From: Eledone cirrhosa
Taxonomy: Eukaryota
Length of the DNA: 64,000 nt
NCBI GenBank assembly: GCA_964016885.1
Contig: OZ024747.1
Coordinates: forward strand, 79,856,001-79,920,000
Direction of reading: 5' to 3'
Shown here: positions 55,877 through 64,000 of the stretch, one piece after another
Position numbering within the stretch: the stretch's first letter is position 1
How the letters are laid out: every line of letters starts with the position of its first letter
The notes under the pieces: model-generated
Database searches by the model: none
Seen by the model: only the letters and a program-made list of their open reading frames with translations
What the model was told of the DNA's origin: nothing
Program-made: the position numbers and the translations under genes

Positions 55877-56150
55877 AATAACAGGAGGCTGGACTGGTGT
55901 AATTCCTTAAAAGGTTTATTAAACTATGATCATTTCAGTGACCGGGTTCAGTATGAATCCGGTGACATCATCAGGTATTCAAAATTTAACAAAGGAATAT
56001 AATAGACAAAAATCCATGGGGCTGAAAAGCAGAGACATGAGGGCGGCCGAACATTTAGTAGCTTCTAGCCCGGTCAGCCGCCCTCAAGTGATGATAATTA
56101 AGTCTTCTTATGTCCTTCTGGTGAAGGAGCGTAGGCTTATAGTGTACTAC
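55875..56150 (-). mobile_element. HHR-bearing insert (same family as 45250-45460), abutting the PLE through (TA)n
   Basis: Minus strand 55922-55978: CTGATGA-tgtcaccggattcatactgaacccggtcact-GAAA-tgatca-TA. Shares ttttcagccccatggatttt and ccagcctcctgt with the other copy. Confidence 0.8.
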
Positions 56151-56242
56151 TACCACCCCGTCATAGACAGGGGCCATATGAATATATATGTATGTATACG
56201 TATATAATTTTTCCTTACAACCCATCCACTAAAACAACAACG

Positions 56243-56325
<83 letters not shown>

Positions 56326-56488
56326 TATTGATATTTTTTGTAATATTCAAAATTAAAAATATACAAAGATGTCAGTGTAAATAAAATTTTAATTCATCTG
56401 CCTACATGTCTATACGCCCACACAGACATAGGCGCGTGTTCACACACATCAAACCCTCTCTGTCTCCTTGACCCCCCCTCTCTCTCTC

Positions 56489-56526
56489 TATATATATATA
56501 TATGTGTGTGTGTGTGTGCCTATATA

Positions 56527-56591
<65 letters not shown>

Positions 56592-56594
56592 ATA

Positions 56595-56661
<67 letters not shown>

Positions 56662-56698
56662 ATATGTATATATATGTGTGTATATGTGTATATGTATA

Positions 56699-56771
<73 letters not shown>

Positions 56772-56885
56772 ATATGTATATATATGTGTGTATATGTGTA
56801 TATGTATATATATGTATATATATATACATTTATTTATATATATATATGTGTATATATGTATGTGTATATGTATATATATGTATAT

Positions 56886-56946
<61 letters not shown>

Positions 56947-56950
56947 TATA
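56489..56950. repeat. (TA)n/(TG) compound microsatellite
   Basis: Seen directly. Confidence 0.95.
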
Positions 56951-57224
56951 TTCCTATACATATGCACGCGTTTCTCCTGAGGTTAAAAGGAGGAATTTAC
57001 ACGCACAAACACTTGTAAATAACTGTTTGGATAAACAACAAAGTTACTCCTACGGCGACGACTAATAATCTATTATAATTTGACTGACACCGAGTGTCTG
57101 GAAAAGAAGAAACACAACAACAATAATAACAACAAAGAAACCTAGATGAAGAAATAAACAGACAGAGACACCACAAACAATGCACTATGCTACAGAAAAG
57201 GAAATACATACACAGAAGAAGGAT

Positions 57225-57359
57225 AACAACAACAACAACAACAACAACAATGATAATAATAATAATAATAATAATAATAAGTAGAACAAGAAGAAGAAAA
57301 AACGTAGAAGAAGAAGAAGAAGAAGAAGAAGAAGAAGAAGAAGAAGAATTCCATGGAGA

Positions 57360-57411
<52 letters not shown>

Positions 57412-57475
57412 GTAGTAGTAGTAGTGGTAATAGTAGTAGTAGTAGTAGTAGTAGAAGAAGAAGAAGAAGAAGAAG
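57225..57475. repeat. Compound trinucleotide microsatellite (AAC, AAT, GAA, TTA, GTA, GAA)
   Basis: Seen directly. Confidence 0.95.
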
Positions 57476-58024
57476 CAATTACAACACCAGCAAAAACAAC
57501 AAAATAGTAACAAAAACAACAACAAACAGAAAAAGAAAAGAAAAGAATATGATAAATAAAACCAATCCTTTGAACTTCCAACCTTTCAATTTTTAGCAGC
57601 AAATTCCTGAAAGCAGTATATAAATAAATGTTAAATGGGAGGGGGGTAAGATGGCGGCGGACGTCACTGTTTTCACTGGAAGTACTTCAAGAGCAATCGG
57701 TAAAACCAGAATAATGTTTAGCAACATTCTGGCAAAGATCCCGTCAGTTAAGCCGATTGACGGTGTAATTTCTAAGAACTATCTTCTATGAAATCTCAAT
57801 GTACTTTCTTGACGGAGGTTTTTAGAAATCATGATTGGTCCACTTCATTTTGATTCAACGAGACTCTTTGCTTAGCCTACCAACCATCTCCTATTACGTA
57901 CACGTAGACGCCATTTAAACACACACACACACTTATACACACATATACAATCACACTCAATTCATACACTTACTCACACAAAAATAAACACTTTATGTAT
58001 ACATATATTATATATATGCATGTA

Positions 58025-58705
<681 letters not shown>

Positions 58706-58970
58706 AAGCACACACACCCACACACATATACACACACACTCCTTCTGACACTGTTTCTTATGTATGGGTATATTATATTTATCTATCTAGTCAATAACAT
58801 TCACAATCTTGAAAATAGTTTTCTGTAGCCGAACTCTGGTCGATACATCAGAGGCGGAGATATACTTTCTCGCAATGGCATCATGGCAGATTTTTGGACT
58901 TCATTGTCTAAATAAATAATTGTGTCACTGGGCCGTTCTTTGTATGTGTGTGTGTGGTGGGTGGGGTATA

Positions 58971-59071
<101 letters not shown>

Positions 59072-59119
59072 CAGTGCGCGCGCGCGTGCGGCCTGTGTGT
59101 GTGTGTGTGTGTGTGTATG

Positions 59120-59268
59120 TATCCGAACAGTTCGGATCTAACTGTCGAAACGGCCGGAGTGCAGCAATCGGAGTTCTGACTCTTTTCCTATTACCCACTC
59201 TACTACCCAAAGTATTGAGTACTCTAGTACGTTATGGTCCATCTGGTTCCTAACTACACTTCCTTCGT
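59120..59268 (+). mobile_element. PLE-like 3' fragment (family of 28121/38495) starting at HHR stem II
   Basis: atccgaac-a-gttcggat hairpin, ctgtcGAAACggccggag..., ttcctattacccactctactacc...ttccttcgt, then (TA)n. Confidence 0.8.
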
Positions 59269-59373
59269 TATATATATATCAACATTGAGAAAGAATCTCG
59301 CTGTACACAATCTGTAGGACGTTTTTCGCTGGTTTATATCTGGTCCATAAGATATTTTTAATGGGGATAATAT

Positions 59374-59547
59374 TTAATGGTTTCTTATATAGGCACAAGG
59401 CCAGCAATTTTGGGGACGGGGGGGGGGGGGGGAATCGATTAAATCGATCCCAGTGCGTGACTGGTACTTTATTTTATCGACCCCGTAAGGATAAAAGGCA
59501 AAGTTAACCTCGGCAGGATTTGAACTCAGATCCAGAAGGGCCGTAAA
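59374..59547 (-). mobile_element. 5'-truncated SINE (long subfamily) with ~21-bp TSD
   Basis: aatggggataatatttaatgg / aatggggacaatatttaatgg flank the copy. Confidence 0.9.
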
Positions 59548-59944
59548 AATGGGGACAATATTTAATGGAAGAAAGTGTGGTATATGAGAAGCTATCACAT
59601 GTTTCTTGAGACAACTAGATCACACTCTATCGGTAACAATGTCAACAGTTTTCTCGGTGAATCAATGTTTTTCTTATTTTCTATTAGATCATTAATATTT
59701 TTCGTCTAAAAAAAGAATTATATATACAGACTGCAAATTAAACATTAAAACATAACGACGCAAAAATATTTTCCTATTTATAAACTGTTTTCACATTCTC
59801 TTGTGTAATAGTAGCAGTAGTAGTAGTCAACAATATTGCAGTAGTAGTAGTAGTCGATAATAGTGGTGGAGATTGCAGGATTATTAATAAAGGTGACAGC
59901 AATGGTATTGGTAGTAGTGATTGGACAAGTTAGTTGATAGTTGA

Positions 59945-60166
59945 AATAATGGTTTCTTATAAAGGCACAAGGCCAGCAATTTTTGGGGAGGGGGAAGTCG
60001 ATTAAATCGACCCCAGTGCGTGATTGGTACTTTATTTTATTGACCCCGTAAGGATGAAAGGCAAAGTTAACCTCGGCAGGATTTGAACTCAGATCATAAA
60101 GGGCCATAACTCTTTGCTGCAAAGCATGGTGTCCGACTCTCTACCGATACTGGCAATCCACCGCCC
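59945..60166 (-). mobile_element. Full-length SINE (long subfamily) with TSD
   Basis: ttgatagttgaaataat / ttgatagtagaaataat flank the copy. Confidence 0.9.
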
Positions 60167-60656
60167 TTTGATAGTAGAAATAATAGTAGTTGTTGGTGTG
60201 GCTACTTTGATGGTCGTGGCTTGTATGTATGTTTTATAAAGCAAGGACATGGACATGTGGGGCTCGAACCCGCGGCTAGACCACCAGGTATAAGGAACCT
60301 ATAGTCCTTGTTAGGACATCATTCTAGAAGAAGAAAAACCCTGATGCCAAACCTGTGACATGATGGCACCCAATCATGTTGACTTGTACTTCTTTGTGAA
60401 TACCTGTGACCATTGTTCAGAGAATGGGATTGCTTCAGTGCTAGGCATTTCTTCATTTAAAAGAGCTTCAAGCACAAATATCATTTGATCTAATCATTTT
60501 CCATACATATAGCATGAGAATGGCTCGCCCTAGCACCCTAGCAGAAAAAGTTTTTTTTTTCGCTGTAGCTTATACAGAATGGAATATAAATCGTTGGAAG
60601 TGATAAGTCATGTTCGTGCCATCTATGTGAGAGAAAGAAATCGAGACGCAGTCATC

Positions 60657-60729
<73 letters not shown>

Positions 60730-60885
60730 AAGGTTAAACAAGGTTCAATGAATAAATCAACGAATTAGTTTTACAATAAATTGGAAGCACTCAACAGAAT
60801 TAGTTTCCCGGAGTTATTAATATTAATTCAAAATATAAATATATATATATATGATATATATATATATATTTATATGTATATTTAT

Positions 60886-60943
<58 letters not shown>

Positions 60944-61014
60944 ATATCTATATATCTATATCTATATATATATCTATATACACAAATATAAATATACATA
61001 TATATGTGTGTACG

Positions 61015-61063
<49 letters not shown>

Positions 61064-61068
<5 letters not shown>

Positions 61069-61238
61069 GTTGAGACAGTAAACAGGAAATAAAAAAAACG
61101 TGGAAGCGAAGAGGCAGTACAAATGTTAATATTAGTTTCACGCTTGAGAGTGGGGTGGGGGACGACGTTTCGGGCATATATATATATGTATTGAGTACCT
61201 TACTTACTGTGGTTACCTCCGATTCAACCCGAAATAAC

Positions 61239-61240
<2 letters not shown>
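61064..61240. mobile_element. Two short PLE-like termini in (TA)n: 61064-61175 (-, family of 2611-2856) and 61187-61240 (+, family of 10763/28456)
   Basis: Minus: ccGAAACGTC...tcaagcgt..actaatat...tatttcctgtttact. Plus: tgtattgagtaccttacttactgtggttacc.ccgatt.aacccg. Confidence 0.7.
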
Positions 61241-61316
<76 letters not shown>

Positions 61317-61445
61317 AAATGTTAAAAAACTTATATAAGACGGTTATGGAGATTTCTGAACTGGGATGCAACTTTCCATAGTAAATCTTTACTCTGCAAA
61401 CGTATTAAATTTCTTAGAGGTCTGTAGAACATTCCAACTACTCAC

Positions 61446-61476
<31 letters not shown>

Positions 61477-63574
61477 TACACACACTCACACATACACATA
61501 TATATTCAGGTATCAAATTTCCATTTAAAATTTAATATACGAGCGGAAGATAATTTAAATTTCTATACTAATTAGCCATTTGAATAGTTTATAAAGAAGA
61601 CACGAAATTCTGTGAAAGCGTGGTCATTGTTGTATTGATTACTTTTACAAGGCGCGGACTGATTAATTATTCTGTTTTACCAAATCAATATACTCAAATA
61701 TAGCGTCTCAGTTCTGTAATATTTCAATTTTAAATGAAAACTTTCGTAAAGTATTCGTAACTTTCATTGCTATCTCGAAACCTAACCGTGCTGTTGGAAG
61801 CCATTTTAGTTTCTGTCACTGTTCAACAAACACATATTGTCGTGGTTTAATTTACTGTTGTGTAATCGATTTTTCTACTTACCGAAATAGCTGAATAGAA
61901 GCTAAATTAAAATACATATTTGTGCTGTCAATACCTTGGAATATTTGCAAGTTATTTATTACCAAAATGGTTGGGGCAGGTGGAAATACTATTGGGTATG
62001 TTAACATCTTAGAAATTTATGTCTCCGACAACGAATATTCTCTATCATAGTGCTTATTATGTTGCTGCTTTGAAACATGGAGCGAGTGAGTCATTGTTGC
62101 TATGAACGTGGATGTTGAAATGCTAGATAATGTATTTTAGGAGCGAGCGTCAAAACAATAACAACAAAAACTACAACAACATCAGTATCAATAACATCAG
62201 CTAAAATAAGTAAGCACCAGCAGTTATATTCTGAATTCTATCAAATCTACAGTTGTTGGTAACTCAGGAGATTGCTATCATATAATAGCAATTTTCCTGA
62301 ATAAATCCTCTTGTCAATGAATTAACTCTTTCGGTATCACAATTTGCAGTATCACTTATAGAATTACAATAACATGCATGTTCTTCTAACTCTGCTGTTC
62401 TGATATTCAGATATTAGTTGGTAAGATCGAAGACAAAGATGGGGCCGGGGTAGTATGTAGTGATGGGGAAGGAAGAAGACCAGGAAGAAGGCATACACTA
62501 AACATATGCGACAAAAGATGTATTAGAATAACTATTTTACCGAGATTTTTCTCTACATGTGATTTCCAGTGCTATCTGACATCTCCAGGCCAGGAAAACC
62601 TAATAACTAACGAGCCAGCAATAATTTTGTATGATGGATTGGTTCATCATTTGATTAATTTATCGATTTATTAATCAACTGTCACTAAAGAAAATGACTG
62701 TTTGCAAGGTTTAGCATGACAAGGTAAGTGAAGCAAGTGAAGATAGATGCATTGTATTTAGAAGATCTGGAAATTAAAACCTTACAAAAATATTGCACAA
62801 TCACTTACTACATGATGTTTGCTATTGAAGCATCTAGGAAGGAATGACAATTGCCGAATTACGAAGAGTCTTACTCGTTTCTTTATAATGGAACAAACGT
62901 GTGATATTAGTACTGTGAACGGGGATGTCTAAATTCTCGATCTTAATGGATTTCAGCAACAAGTGGCTAATTTATATTGGAAATATCCGGTGTATAGTTA
63001 AGAGTAAGAAACAAAATCTAAGCGCCGAGATGCCGGGGAACATATCTGTTGATTCAATTTAAGGTGGTAAGAGTTCAAATAAATCCAAAAGAACAAAAAT
63101 AGTTAAACTTGAAGGAAAATAATCAATAAACAGTTCATAATTCATAGGTGTTTCTGGAAGTATCCTGAAGTATACCGAAGCGAAATTGACATAATTTACT
63201 AGAAAATACTATTTTATAGTTGAATTAAGTTGAAGAAATGTTTTGAGGTAGTGGAAAAGACAGGGAAATGACAAACACATCATCTGATCAGTGGTGCGTG
63301 TCAAATGTTTAGTGAAATTTTATCCAACCATTTTTTCCAGGTATATTTTATGCGAAACTATATTATCCAATGTGGCTCTTCATTTTTAAGATACTAGGAT
63401 GTGGTTTGAAGGAGATTTGGGTGCTGTTTCTATCAGAGGTCCCTAAAATTAGCTTTTGTTTAGAATATTTCTGTGTTCATCAGCTGCAAATCTCGAAGAC
63501 TTATAAAGAGTAACTACAGTGACGAGAGTTCTTGTGTCTTTTAGAGAGCCATTGTTCAGAGCTGCGGCATATTG

Positions 63575-63760
63575 ATCAACTTTGCCTTTCATCCTTTCGA
63601 GGTCGATAAAACAATAGCAGTCCAGTACTGAGATCGATTCTTCCTCTTTATCTCTTTACTACTTTCTATCTCACACCCTCTCTTCTTTTCTGGAAGAAAT
63701 CGGATGTGTTTTAGATCTGGAGACGGAATGGGCTCCGTTAGGATTAAAGTGCCCAAGGCA
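63575..63760 (+). mobile_element. Partial SINE variant with the alternative 3' tail
   Basis: tcaactttgcctttcatcctttcgaggtcgataaaa ... ctggagacggaatgggctccgttagg. Confidence 0.7.
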
Positions 63761-63774
63761 CATACACACACACG

Positions 63775-63776
<2 letters not shown>

Positions 63777-63826
<50 letters not shown>

Positions 63827-64000
63827 TGAGTGAGAGAGAGAAAGAGACAGAGTGAGCGAGAGTGAGTGAGTGAGAGAGCGAGAGAGAGCGAGAGAGAGCG
63901 AGATAGATAGATAGATAGAGAACGAGAGAGATTGAGAGAAAGAGAGAGTGTGAGAGAGCGAGAGATAGAGATAGATAGATAGAGAGAGAGAGAGTGAGAG
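63777..64000. repeat. (GA)n/(GATA)n microsatellite
   Basis: Seen directly. Confidence 0.95.

Overview
AT-rich, microsatellite-saturated eukaryotic DNA, most likely a cephalopod (Octopus-like; inferred from the abundant tRNA-derived SINE, the simple repeats and the retroelement set). I could not identify any intact host gene. Almost all ORFs in the supplied track are translations of (TA)n, (CA)n, (GA)n or (TATG)n repeats. Recognisable content: about 25 copies of one SINE superfamily, several with clear TSDs; a 5'-truncated Penelope-like element (PLE) with an open GIY-YIG endonuclease region and an inverted pseudo-LTR (53858-55808); a decayed PLE reverse transcriptase; two R4/Dong-type LINE 3' fragments; a Tx1/L1 fragment; an RTE-like non-autonomous element with (ATGT)n tails; a non-autonomous Helitron; two hAT-type MITEs; an unclassified fold-back element; and a 6.2-kb two-part minisatellite. 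The main signal is a set of short inserts in (TA)n tracts, from about 8-9 sequence-unrelated families, that carry minimal type I hammerhead ribozyme (HHR) motifs (CUGANGA...GAAA...UH with pairing stems). Many are fold-back palindromes that place a ribozyme on both strands. All motifs were read by eye; no search, alignment or folding program was run.
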